Positions 55,334 to 64,000 of a stretch of 64,000 bases of DNA are shown piece by piece (position 1 is the first letter of the stretch; every line of letters starts with the position of its first letter). Source of the DNA: an uncultured Acidobacteriota bacterium (GTDB lineage Bacteria > Acidobacteriota > Vicinamibacteria > Fen-336); NCBI GenBank assembly GCA_963720545.1, contig OY970399.1, positions 3,008,001-3,072,000 on the forward strand, in the 5' to 3' direction. The notes below the pieces were generated by a model. That model saw only the letters and a program-made list of their open reading frames with translations. It was not told the origin of the DNA and did no database searches. The position numbers and the translations under genes were made by a program.

Positions 55334-57139
55334 CTAGCGCAGCGCCTCGATCGTCCAGCTCGTGACGCGCAGGCAGTCGGGCTGCGCTTGCGGGCACGCG
55401 GGCCGGATGCCCAGCCGCACCCGGTTGCCGGCACCGCCGACGTCAGCTTGTGCCACGCGCAGGGTGGCGGCGCGGCCACGCACCCGAAGCCGCTGCCACG
55501 GCTCGCGATTGACGCGGTAGCGGCCGGCGAGGCCTCGCGCCTCCAGTTGCAACAGCAGCAGGAATCCCTGCTCGGGCGGCCGCAGCACTTCGATGCGGCT
55601 GACTGCGGAACTGCCGACCAGCAGCCCGTCCACGTCGCCGTCCCAGTCGATGAAACGCACGTAGGCACCGTCTTGTTCGGCGATTCCGACATCCCAGGTC
55701 TCGTCCCACATCGACAGGTCGCGCCAGCGCGGCTGCGGCAGGTTGAAAAGTCCCAGGGGAGTCATGCCGCCGCCCGACCACGCGGCACCGGTGCGTGCGA
55801 AACCCTTGCCATAGAGGCTCAGCACGTGCTTCCTCTTCCGCAGGTCGGCAGTCTCGACTTCGTTCTCCTCGACCACCCGCAAGCCCGCTCGCGAGCCGTA
55901 GTATTCGGCCTGGCGCAGCACCACGCGGTTGTCGCTCGGCACCACCACCAGCGTCTCGGCCGGGTCGTAGGTCGCGGCCGCGACACGGATCGCTTCGCCC
56001 ACAGGCGACGGACCAGCGTGCAGGCTGCGCAGCGTCGGCAGGATGAAGTCGGCCTGGCGCGAGATCCACAGGAACAAGGCGGCTGCAGAAAGAGCGTAGG
56101 CAAGACGCCGCCGGCCGCTGGCGCCGATCCGGGTGTGGAGCGCCTGCATGCGGCGGCCGGCATCGATCGCGGCGGCCACCACAAAAGCGAGCAGGAACGG
56201 CAGGTAGTAGATCGAGAAGCGCGGCCACTGGCCGAGTGCCAGCACGCGGATCAGGAGGATTGGCGCGAGCAGCCAGAAGAGGAAGCGCAGCGCCTTGCGT
56301 TCGCGCCACACAACGAAAGCGCCCCATGCAGCGGCCAGCCAGAGCCAGGCGAACGACGCGACGGCCCACGGAATTACCAGCACGGCGTGGACGCGATCGG
56401 CGAGTAGCGGGGCGTTGGTGACCAGCGCCTCGCGGTCGAGCCACAGCACCTGGCCCCAGCCCCACTCGAGATACTTGAGGAAGGAGCCGGTGTACCAGCA
56501 GAGCGGCAGCAGCCAGATCAGCGCGCCTGCGATGCTGGCGGCGACGGCACCGACAGCGAGGCGGCGGTCGCGACGCCACCATTCGAGGAGCGTGCGGCAG
56601 GCGAGCGGTAGCAGGTAGAGCGCCAGCAGCTGCTTCGCGCCGGGCACGAGCCCGGCGAGGAAGAAGGCGGGCAGCACCGCCGTCCGCCGCCCCAGCATCG
56701 CGAGGCCCAGGCCCAGCGTTGCAGCCAGCATGCAGGCGAATGCGAAGGAGTCTTCCAGCGGCCGCGTCTGCTGGAACCAGACCTGGGCCGAGCTGAGGCC
56801 GGCGACGCAAGCGATGAAAGACTCGCCGCGTGTCATGCCGAGGCGGAAGATCGCGAACAGCAGCACCGCCGAAAGGACCCCGCCGACGACATTCACGGTG
56901 GAGAGGGCGAGGATCGGGTCGGCCACGATGAGGTGCGCGAGCCGCGCGGCCCAGACGAACAGGATGTAACCCGGAGGATGCGGCCAATGCTGCTTGACGT
57001 CGATGCGCTCGAGGGCAAAAGCGTAGTTTGCCGAGTCGTACTCTTCGAGGATCGCCCCCCGCAGCGGCCAGCGCGTGGCGAAAACCAACGCCATGAGGGC
57101 GAGCGCGCACCAGACGTCGCGTCTGCGGAATGAAGACAT
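55334..57139 (-). CDS. GT-C fold membrane protein (DUF2723/PMT-like)
   Basis: EEYDSANYA...HPPGYILF first-loop motif, multiple TM helices and a soluble C-terminus. Start at ATG 57139. Confidence 0.7.
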   Translation of the reverse strand: MSSFRRRDVWCALALMALVFATRWPLRGAILEEYDSANYAFALERIDVKQHWPHPPGYILFVWAARLAHLIVADPILALSTVNVVGGVLSAVLLFAIFRLGMTRGESFIACVAGLSSAQVWFQQTRPLEDSFAFACMLAATLGLGLAMLGRRTAVLPAFFLAGLVPGAKQLLALYLLPLACRTLLEWWRRDRRLAVGAVAASIAGALIWLLPLCWYTGSFLKYLEWGWGQVLWLDREALVTNAPLLADRVHAVLVIPWAVASFAWLWLAAAWGAFVVWRERKALRFLFWLLAPILLIRVLALGQWPRFSIYYLPFLLAFVVAAAIDAGRRMQALHTRIGASGRRRLAYALSAAALFLWISRQADFILPTLRSLHAGPSPVGEAIRVAAATYDPAETLVVVPSDNRVVLRQAEYYGSRAGLRVVEENEVETADLRKRKHVLSLYGKGFARTGAAWSGGGMTPLGLFNLPQPRWRDLSMWDETWDVGIAEQDGAYVRFIDWDGDVDGLLVGSSAVSRIEVLRPPEQGFLLLLQLEARGLAGRYRVNREPWQRLRVRGRAATLRVAQADVGGAGNRVRLGIRPACPQAQPDCLRVTSWTIEALR

Positions 57140-57143
57140 CAAA

Positions 57144-57160
57144 TGAAACGTTTCTGAAAC
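57144..57160. promoter_or_regulatory. Putative operator in the divergent GT-C / AraC spacer
   Basis: Palindrome GAAACGTTTC (57145-54) and direct repeat TGAAAC at 57144 and 57155 in a 45-bp AT-rich gap. Confidence 0.45.
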
Positions 57161-57184
57161 TAAACTAGCATCCTGACTCCGGAC

Positions 57185-58027
57185 ATGAAACCGCGCCCTG
57201 GCGTGCCGCTCGCCTCGACACCCGCCGGTCTGCCGTCGTTCGGCGGCGCCGTGCTGCGCTGGCGGCGCGTTGGCGGGCTGAGCCTGGCGGAGATCCAGCA
57301 CGACGGCCCGCGCGAGCTGCGTGTTCATGTCGTTGAAGAGGCGCGCTTCGTGCTGGTGCTGCGTGGCCGTGGGGACGTCGAATGCGGCGGCCAGCGCCTG
57401 CGGTTCCAGGCCTCGAGCGTCGTCTTCGAACCGGCGGGCTGCGCCTCCGTCTGGCGCTTCGACCAGGGCACCGTGTGCCTCGCGGTGTCGGTGAGCGATG
57501 CGGTGCTCGCGCGCGCCCGCGAGGCGAGCGCCGCCTTCACCCGGCCCGCGGTGTTCGCCGACGGCCTGCTGCTGCACCTCGCACGCAGGCTCTACGGCGA
57601 GTTCCGCCTGCGCGACGAGGCGTCGCGGCTCGCGGTGGAGAGCCTGGTGCTTGGTGTGCTCGCCGAGGCGGCGCGCCGCCAGTCGCGGCCGCGCACCCAG
57701 CCGGTCGCCCCCGAATGGCTGGCGCTGGTGCTCGAAATCCTGAACGCACGCTTCACCAGCGACCTTGGGCTCGCGCGCGTCGCCGCAGAAGTCGGCATCC
57801 ACCCGGTGCACCTCGCGCGCACCTTCCGCCGCCACCAGCAATGCACGGTCGCCGACTACGTGCGGCGGCTGCGCATCGACTACGCGTGCCAGCAGCTGAG
57901 CCAGTCGCGCTTATCGCTCACCGATGTGGCGCTCGCATCAGGGTTCTGCGACCACAGCCACCTGTGCCGCCACTTCAAGCGCGAAACCGGCCTCACCCCC
58001 GCCCGGTACCGCAGCCTCCACCGCTGA
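57185..58027 (+). CDS. AraC family transcriptional regulator
   Basis: C-terminal VAAEVGIHPVHLARTF...VALASGFCDHSHLCRHFKRETGLTPARYR; cupin-like N-terminus. Confidence 0.92.
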   Translation: MKPRPGVPLASTPAGLPSFGGAVLRWRRVGGLSLAEIQHDGPRELRVHVVEEARFVLVLRGRGDVECGGQRLRFQASSVVFEPAGCASVWRFDQGTVCLAVSVSDAVLARAREASAAFTRPAVFADGLLLHLARRLYGEFRLRDEASRLAVESLVLGVLAEAARRQSRPRTQPVAPEWLALVLEILNARFTSDLGLARVAAEVGIHPVHLARTFRRHQQCTVADYVRRLRIDYACQQLSQSRLSLTDVALASGFCDHSHLCRHFKRETGLTPARYRSLHR

Positions 58028-58136
58028 CACGTCGCCGTTCCCCGAGTGGCGACTTTGTCGCGGTTAGCCGCTCTGCCCATACCACCGCGCTTCAAGCGTC
58101 CAAGAACCGTTGCCGGGCCTTGCCCACACTTGCGCC

Positions 58137-59588
58137 ATGTCCCGACTGTTCGCGCGCAAGCCCATCGATGAGCTGATCGCCCAGGCCGGGGACGACGGCC
58201 ATGCCGCGCTGCGGCGCTCGCTCGGGCCGCTGAACCTGGTGGCGCTTGGCGTCGGCGCCATCATCGGCGCCGGGATCTTCGTGATCACCGGGACGGTCGC
58301 GGCGCAGAACGCAGGGCCGGCGGTGGTGCTCTCGTTCGTCCTCGCCGGCATCGGCTGTGTGTTCGCCGGCCTGTGCTACGCCGAGTTCGCGTCGATGATC
58401 CCGATCGCCGGCTCCGCGTACACCTATGGCTATGCGACGCTCGGCGAATTGGTCGCATGGATCATCGGCTGGGACCTGGTCATCGAGTACGCGTTCGGCG
58501 CCGCCACCGTGGCGGCCGGCTGGAGCGGCAACGTGGTGAGCCTGTTGCGCGAGTTCGGCATCCACCTGCCGCGCGCCATCAGCGCGACACCCGCCGACGG
58601 CGGCGTCTTCGACCTGCCGGCGTGCCTCGCCATCTTCGCGGTCACCGCGCTGCTGGTCGTCGGCATCCGCGAGTCGGCGAGCTTCAACGCGCTCATCGTC
58701 CTGGTGAAGGTCGGCACCATCCTCACCTTCATCGCAGTGGCGGGCGCGTACCTGCTGCAAAACCCCGAGACCGCGCGCGCCAACTGGACGCCGTTCCTCC
58801 CGCCCAACACCGGCAAGTTCGGGGCCTTCGGCTGGTCGGGCGTGGCACGCGGCGCGGCCGTGATCTTTTTCGCGTTCATCGGCTTCGACGCCGTATCGAC
58901 CGCGGCGCAGGAGGCGAAGAACCCGCAGAAGGACATGCCCATCGGCATTCTCGGCTCGCTCGCCATCTGCACGGTGCTGTACGTCGCGATGGGCGCCTTG
59001 CTCACCGGCGTACTGCCTTACGCGCAGCTCGGCGTCGCGGCCCCGGTGGCCGCCGGCATCGACGCCACGGGCGTCTCCTGGGGCCGGCTGATAGTGAAGA
59101 TCGGCACGTTCGCCGGGCTCGCCACCACCATGCTGGTGATGCTGCTTGGCCAGTCGCGGGTGCTCTACACGATGTCGCGCGACGGCCTGCTGCCGCCGTG
59201 GGTGGGTGCCGTGCACCCGAGGTTCCGCACGCCGTGGATTTCGTCGCTCGTGGTGGGCGCGTTCGTCGGCGTGTTCGCGGGCCTCGTGCCCATCGCGATC
59301 CTCGGGCAACTGGTCAGCATCGGCACGCTGTTCGCGTTCGTCATCGTCTGCGCCGGTGTGCTGCTCCTGCGGCGCACGCGGCCCGACCTGCATCGGCCGT
59401 TCCGCGCGCCGCTGGTCCCGGCTGTTCCGCTCCTCGGCATGGGCATCTCGCTGCTGCTGATGGCAGCTTTGCCGCTCGACACCTGGATCAGGCTCGTGGT
59501 CTGGCTCGCCATCGGCCTGGCGATCTACTTCTTCTACGGCCGCCACCACAGCCGGCTGAACGCTGGCGCCGCCGCCATTCCGCGCTGA
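58137..59588 (+). CDS. APC-family amino acid permease
   Basis: GAIIGAGIF, YAEFASMIP, GSAYTY, FFAFIGFDAV and MSRDGLLP motifs. Confidence 0.93.
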   Translation: MSRLFARKPIDELIAQAGDDGHAALRRSLGPLNLVALGVGAIIGAGIFVITGTVAAQNAGPAVVLSFVLAGIGCVFAGLCYAEFASMIPIAGSAYTYGYATLGELVAWIIGWDLVIEYAFGAATVAAGWSGNVVSLLREFGIHLPRAISATPADGGVFDLPACLAIFAVTALLVVGIRESASFNALIVLVKVGTILTFIAVAGAYLLQNPETARANWTPFLPPNTGKFGAFGWSGVARGAAVIFFAFIGFDAVSTAAQEAKNPQKDMPIGILGSLAICTVLYVAMGALLTGVLPYAQLGVAAPVAAGIDATGVSWGRLIVKIGTFAGLATTMLVMLLGQSRVLYTMSRDGLLPPWVGAVHPRFRTPWISSLVVGAFVGVFAGLVPIAILGQLVSIGTLFAFVIVCAGVLLLRRTRPDLHRPFRAPLVPAVPLLGMGISLLLMAALPLDTWIRLVVWLAIGLAIYFFYGRHHSRLNAGAAAIPR

Positions 59589-59597
59589 GCCACCCGA

Positions 59598-59650
59598 CCT
59601 GTGGACACGCCACAGGAGAGTGTGCCACACTCCTGTGGCGTTACCACAGG
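59598..59650. promoter_or_regulatory. Twin palindromic operators overlapping the padR promoter
   Basis: CCTGTGG-N5-CCACAGG at 59598-59616 and 59632-59650. Candidate -35 TGGACA (59602-07) and extended -10 TGcCACACT (59623-31). Confidence 0.7.
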
Positions 59651-59666
59651 GAGAGGCAGGAGCTGG

Positions 59667-60008
59667 ATGAAGATCGATCTGCTGCAGGGAACGCTCGACC
59701 TGCTGGTACTGCGCACGCTCGCGACACTTGGCGCATTGCACGGCTACGGCATCGCGCGCCGCATCGAACAAGTGAGCGGCGACGCCGTCCTGCTGAATCA
59801 GGGAACGATCTACGCCTCGCTGGTGCGGCTGCACGCCCGCGGGTTCGTCACTGCTTCGTGGGGGATGTCGGCGAACAACCGGCGCGCGCGGTACTACACG
59901 ATCACGCGGGCCGGGCACGCTGAGCTTGCCAGGGAGACCGCGAACTGGGAGCGCATGTCCGCCGTCATCGGCCGCGTGTTGTCTGCCGCGCCGCGTCCCG
60001 CGTCATGA
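59667..60008 (+). CDS. PadR family transcriptional regulator (acidobacterial type)
   Basis: LLQGTLDLLVL, HGYGIARRIEQ, QGTIY and NNRRARYY motifs. SD AGGAG before ATG 59667. Confidence 0.92.
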   Translation: MKIDLLQGTLDLLVLRTLATLGALHGYGIARRIEQVSGDAVLLNQGTIYASLVRLHARGFVTASWGMSANNRRARYYTITRAGHAELARETANWERMSAVIGRVLSAAPRPAS

Positions 60009-62683
60009 TCTCGCGGCTGCGCAGCCTTTGTGACCGCGTGCTCGCGCTCTTCCGCGCCCGCCGGCTCGACGACGACCTCGACGCCGAGATCGCCGCGCAC
60101 CTGCAGATGGCCGAGGACGAAGCGATGGCGGGTGGCCTGAGCCCGGACGCCGCGCGTCGCGCCGCGCGTATCGCCCTCGGCGGCATCGAGCCGACCAAGG
60201 AGCGCCATCGCGAGGCCCGTGGCCTGCCGCACGTCGAGAGCGTGGTGCAGGACCTGCGCGACGCGGTGCGGAGCCTGCGGCGCACGCCGTCGTTCACCGC
60301 GCTCGCGGTGTCGATCCTTGCGCTCGGTATCGGTGGCAACACCGCCGTCTTCAACCTGGTGAGCGCGGTGCTGCTGCGCCCTCTGCCGTTTCCCGACCCC
60401 GAGCGCCTGCTGGTCCTCTGGGAAGACTTCGCCGCGACCGGCGCGCGCGGCGGCACCAGCCGCGTCGAGCCGTCACCCGCGAATTATTCAGCGTGGCGCT
60501 CGCGAAGTCGCAGCGTCGCATCGATGGCGGCGCTCGAGCCGCGGATCTACAACCTCACCGACGGCGGCGAGCCGGAGAAGCTCGTCGGCATGCGCGCCAC
60601 CGGCAACCTGTTCGAGATCCTCGGCATGCGCGCTATCGTCGGCCGCTCCTTCTCCGCCGCGGACGAGGACCAGGGTGCGCCGGTGGTGGTCGTGGCCGAG
60701 CGCCTCTGGCGGCAGCGATTCGCCGCCGACCCTGGCCTCGTCGGCCGCTCGCTGCGTCTCAACGGCCTGGCCCACACCGTCGTTGGCGTGGTGCCGGACG
60801 ACTTTCGTTTTCCCGACGGCGAAGCGACGCTGTGGGTACCGGCTGCCTTCACGCCTGCGGAACTGCGCTCGCACGGCGCGCACTGGTACGTCGTCGGCAG
60901 GCTGGCCGCGAGCGCCACTCTGGCACAGGCGCGCGCCGAGATGGCCGCGATCGCGCAGCGCATGGTGGAGGAAAATCCCGCCGCCAACGCCGGCGTCTCG
61001 GTGAGCGTCACGACGCTCCACGAGCAGCTCGCCGGCGACTCCCGGCCGGCGCTGCGGATGCTGCTTGGCGCGGTGGCGCTCGTCCTGCTCATCGCCTGCG
61101 CCAACGTGGCAAGCCTGCTGTTCGCGCGCGGCGCCAACCGACGCAAGGAGCTGGCAGTGCGGCGTGCGCTCGGCGCCGACCGTGCCCGCATCTTCCGCCA
61201 GCTGTTCACCGAGAGCATGCTGCTCGGCATCCTCGGCCTGGCACTCGGCGTCGGCCTCGCCGTGTTGTCGCACGCCTACCTGGCGCGCCTGGTGCCTGGC
61301 GGGCTGCCGCCAGCCGTGTCGCCAACGCTCGACCTGCGCGTGCTCGCCGCTACCGTGCTCACGGCATTCGCTGCGGTGCTCTCGTTTGGCGCCTGGCCCG
61401 CGTTCACCGCGGCGCGGCCCGATGTCAATGAGGCCCTCAAGTCTGGTGGCGGCCGCGGCGCCAGCGCGAGCACCGCGCGCGTGCGCCACGCGCTGGTGGT
61501 CGCCGAGGTCGCGCTCACCGTCGTCCTGTTGTCGGCGGCCGGGCTCCTCATGCGCAGCTACTCGGAAGTGACGGCCGTACGTCCCGGGTTCGAGCCGCGC
61601 AACCTGCTCATCGCCGAGACCAACCTGCCCGCCGCGAAATACGGGACACGCACTCAGCGGACGGCGTTTTACCAGCAGGTCCTCGAGCGCGTGAACCAGC
61701 TGCCGGGCGTCGCCGCCGCGGGCTATGTGAACTATCCGCCGCTGACCCTGAAGGAGGGCCGCGGCTACCTCACTCTCGAAGGGCGTGACGCCCCGCCTTT
61801 CGAAGCCCGTGCGCGCCAGGTCGTCAGCTGGCGAGTGGTGAGCGTGCGTTACCTGCAGGCGCTCGGCGTCCCGCTGCTGCGCGGGCGCCATCTCGACGAG
61901 CGCGACGGCTCGGGTGTGCCACCCTCGGTCCTCGTCAACGAGGCGATGGCGCAGCTGCACTGGGCGGACGGCGACCCGGTGGGGCAGCGCCTGAAGCTGG
62001 GGCGCGAGCAAAGCGGGAATCCCTGGGCCACGATCGTGGGTGTCGTCGGCGACGTCCATCAGATGGGTCTCGAGGTTGCAGCCGAGCCCGAGGTCTACTT
62101 CTCGCTCGACCAGGACAGCGGCTCGACGCCTTTCTTCTGGCCGCAGCACCTCGTGGTGCGTGTCGTCGCCGAACGCGACCCGCTGGCGCTGGCGCCGGCA
62201 CTGCGCGGCGCGGTCGCTGCCGTCGACCGCGAGCAGCCGCTGTCGAACGTGCGCTCCATGGAGCAGGTGATCGCCGCCGAGATGCGCAATCGCGGAACGC
62301 AGGCGACGCTGATCGGCGCCTTTGCGCTGCTGGCGCTGTTCCTGTCCGCCGCCGGCCTCTACGCGGTCTTGTCCTTCGACGTGGCGCAGCGCAGCGCCGA
62401 GATCGCCGTGCGGATGGCGCTCGGCGCCGGCCGCGGCGCGGTCCTCGCGCTGGTGGTGCGCCAGGCGCTGCGGCCCGCGGTGATCGGAGTGGCGCTCGGC
62501 CTTGGCGGCACGCTGGCAAGCGCCAGCCTGTTGCAAGCGCTCCTCTTCGGCGTCGGCGCCGCGGACCCGCTGACGCTCTGCGCCGTGCCCGTCGTGCTGG
62601 TCGCCGTGGCGCTGCTCGCGAGCCTTGCGCCCGCGAGCCGGGCCGTACGTGTCGATCCGGTCGCCGCGCTGCGCGGCGAGTGA
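60005..62683 (+). CDS. Duplicated orphan ABC permease (ADOP; two MacB/FtsX repeats)
   Basis: QDLRDAVRSL, LALGIGGNTAVF, LLIACANVA, ELAVRRALGA, EIAVRMALGA and RVDPVAALRGE. ATGA coupling to padR; no ATPase gene nearby. Confidence 0.92.
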   Translation: MISRLRSLCDRVLALFRARRLDDDLDAEIAAHLQMAEDEAMAGGLSPDAARRAARIALGGIEPTKERHREARGLPHVESVVQDLRDAVRSLRRTPSFTALAVSILALGIGGNTAVFNLVSAVLLRPLPFPDPERLLVLWEDFAATGARGGTSRVEPSPANYSAWRSRSRSVASMAALEPRIYNLTDGGEPEKLVGMRATGNLFEILGMRAIVGRSFSAADEDQGAPVVVVAERLWRQRFAADPGLVGRSLRLNGLAHTVVGVVPDDFRFPDGEATLWVPAAFTPAELRSHGAHWYVVGRLAASATLAQARAEMAAIAQRMVEENPAANAGVSVSVTTLHEQLAGDSRPALRMLLGAVALVLLIACANVASLLFARGANRRKELAVRRALGADRARIFRQLFTESMLLGILGLALGVGLAVLSHAYLARLVPGGLPPAVSPTLDLRVLAATVLTAFAAVLSFGAWPAFTAARPDVNEALKSGGGRGASASTARVRHALVVAEVALTVVLLSAAGLLMRSYSEVTAVRPGFEPRNLLIAETNLPAAKYGTRTQRTAFYQQVLERVNQLPGVAAAGYVNYPPLTLKEGRGYLTLEGRDAPPFEARARQVVSWRVVSVRYLQALGVPLLRGRHLDERDGSGVPPSVLVNEAMAQLHWADGDPVGQRLKLGREQSGNPWATIVGVVGDVHQMGLEVAAEPEVYFSLDQDSGSTPFFWPQHLVVRVVAERDPLALAPALRGAVAAVDREQPLSNVRSMEQVIAAEMRNRGTQATLIGAFALLALFLSAAGLYAVLSFDVAQRSAEIAVRMALGAGRGAVLALVVRQALRPAVIGVALGLGGTLASASLLQALLFGVGAADPLTLCAVPVVLVAVALLASLAPASRAVRVDPVAALRGE

Positions 62684-62690
62684 CGGCGCG

Positions 62691-63164
62691 CTAGAAGCGC
62701 AGCCCGAACGCCAGCGTGAAGTTGGTTTCGTCGGTGCGCACCACGCGGCCCTGCAGGTAGGGTATGAAGCGGCCGGAGCGGAAGCCGACCGCCCACATGA
62801 AGTTGGTGGCGAAGTCGGTGTGCGACGAATCGTCGTCCATCTTCGGGTCGGCGCGCACCACGCCGATGCCGGCGCCCAGCCAGATGACGAGCGACGAGCT
62901 GGTCGCGAAGTCGGTGTGCAGGTCGGCGTTGAGGGCGGTGTAGTTCACGTAGGTCGTGAACGTTTCCTCGGCGTTGGGATTGAACGTCAGGTGCTTCGCC
63001 AAGGGCGCTGCCACCTCGACGCCGACGAGCGGCCCTTCGCCGAGGGTGTGCCCGCCGCGCACACCGAACATCGTCCTGTCCTCGGCTCGCGCCGCGCCGG
63101 TCGTTCCCAGAAGGAAGAGGGCTGCGGCAACGCCCGCGCTTGCAAAACTCAAGCGTGCGTTCAT
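62691..63164 (-). CDS. Small outer-membrane beta-barrel protein (OmpA-like TM domain)
   Basis: Signal peptide, amphipathic strands (WLGAGIG), C-terminal FGLRF and SD GGAGG. Confidence 0.7.
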   Translation of the reverse strand: MNARLSFASAGVAAALFLLGTTGAARAEDRTMFGVRGGHTLGEGPLVGVEVAAPLAKHLTFNPNAEETFTTYVNYTALNADLHTDFATSSSLVIWLGAGIGVVRADPKMDDDSSHTDFATNFMWAVGFRSGRFIPYLQGRVVRTDETNFTLAFGLRF

Positions 63165-63255
63165 CGGACCTCCATCGAAGACCCGAGCTTGGGCTTTGAT
63201 GGCGGCGCGGCCGTGTGACCGTGCACACAGCCGCGGGCGAAAGATTCGGGACGCG

Positions 63256-64000
63256 TTATCGAGCTTGCGTAGTGGCGGCCGCGTTACGATGTGAATCGAG
63301 GAAGGCGCGCGCCGTCGCGACCTCGCTGCGATCGCTGCCGGCCGCGACCATGCTCGTCAGTTCGGTGTAGTACTTCGCGGCCAGCGCCACCTGGCCGCTG
63401 CGCTCGGCCGCGCGGCCTGCGCCGAACAGGCTGTTGAAGCGGCGCGGCGTGAGCTTGAGGGTCGCCTCGTACTCCGCGAGCGCCTCGCGGTTCTGGCCGC
63501 GCTCGGCCAGGAAATCGGCGAGCACCTCGCGCGCCGGCAGCAGCGAGCCGGGGCTGACGGGATGCTTGCCCAGCAGCTCGTCGGCGTCCGCCGCTTCGCG
63601 CAGCGCCTTCTCCGCGACCTCCGGCTGGCCGACGGCGTACGCAAGCCAGCCGTCGACGATGCGCATCTGCATCTGCGCCTGTTTCTGGAAGTAGGCCTGG
63701 CGCGGGTCGGTCATGCCCTCGGCCAGCTTGCCGAGGTCGGCCTGCGCCGCGCGCGCTGCGTCGAGCTTGCCGGCCCGCGCCGCGCCGAACGCCCGTGCGA
63801 ACGCGAGATGCGCGCCGCCGAACGGGTAGAGCTCCCAGGACGTGGACGGCACACGGGTCAGCGCCGCGGCCTCACTCCACTGCCGCCGCTCCAGCGCGTA
63901 ACGCGCGGGGATGGCGCCGGTCGCGTACGCCACCGCGAAGTCCACCGCGGGGAAGGTGGTGCGCACCGAGGCGGCGGTGTCGACTACCGACCTGGCGAGC
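63256..64000 (-). CDS. TPR-repeat protein, C-terminal part (start lies beyond the window)
   Basis: PARYALERRQW, PAREVLAD, ALAEYEATLKLTPRRFNSLFGAGRAA; the frame stays open to the window edge. Confidence 0.75.
   Translation of the reverse strand, partial: LARSVVDTAASVRTTFPAVDFAVAYATGAIPARYALERRQWSEAAALTRVPSTSWELYPFGGAHLAFARAFGAARAGKLDAARAAQADLGKLAEGMTDPRQAYFQKQAQMQMRIVDGWLAYAVGQPEVAEKALREAADADELLGKHPVSPGSLLPAREVLADFLAERGQNREALAEYEATLKLTPRRFNSLFGAGRAAERSGQVALAAKYYTELTSMVAAGSDRSEVATARAFLDSHRNAAATTQAR

Noticed and set aside
59598..59650. Mini CRISPR array or IS end
   Set aside because: Only two 19-bp units with a 15-bp gap, and no cas or transposase gene; position over a promoter fits operators.
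1..64000. Prophage, integron or genomic island
   Set aside because: No integrase, transposase, phage structural gene, tRNA target or flanking direct repeat recognised, and composition looks uniform across genes.

Overview
High-GC (roughly 70% by eye), gene-dense bacterial chromosome segment. It is most consistent with Acidobacteriota (Vicinamibacteria-like), inferred from a PadR + duplicated orphan ABC-permease (ADOP-type) pair, a wHTH-TolB-like-TPR regulator and several GT-C membrane proteins. Left to right: end of an EAL-domain gene, a PLP aminotransferase, and a complete kdpFABC-DE locus preceded by an extra unannotated 48-aa membrane peptide. Then a secreted serine hydrolase, a 2017-aa thioester alpha-2-macroglobulin with no adjacent pbpC, a Cys-rich surface protein with a predicted C-terminal beta-barrel, a regulator, lipid and SDR genes, two tandem GT-C glycosyltransferases and a fused E2-E1 2-oxoglutarate dehydrogenase (kgd). 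The best candidate for an undescribed system is a tightly coupled minus-strand cluster (34.8-45.9 kb): Ser/Thr kinase-STAND ATPase-helical repeat protein, TonB-dependent receptor, acetoacetate-decarboxylase-fold protein and two paralogous FAD oxidoreductases, followed by an M20 hydrolase and a GGDEF cyclase. The right part holds an SSS transporter, a DinB/MDMPI protein, PhoD, a DmpA-like peptidase, an SDR, a DGPF/YciI gene, korAB, a third GT-C, an AraC regulator, an APC permease, PadR-ADOP, a small OMP and a partial TPR gene. Many first-in-unit genes have a -10 hexamer only 6-9 nt before the start codon, suggesting leaderless transcripts. No rRNA, tRNA, CRISPR array or transposase was recognised. 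All calls come from motif recognition by eye; no database searches were run.
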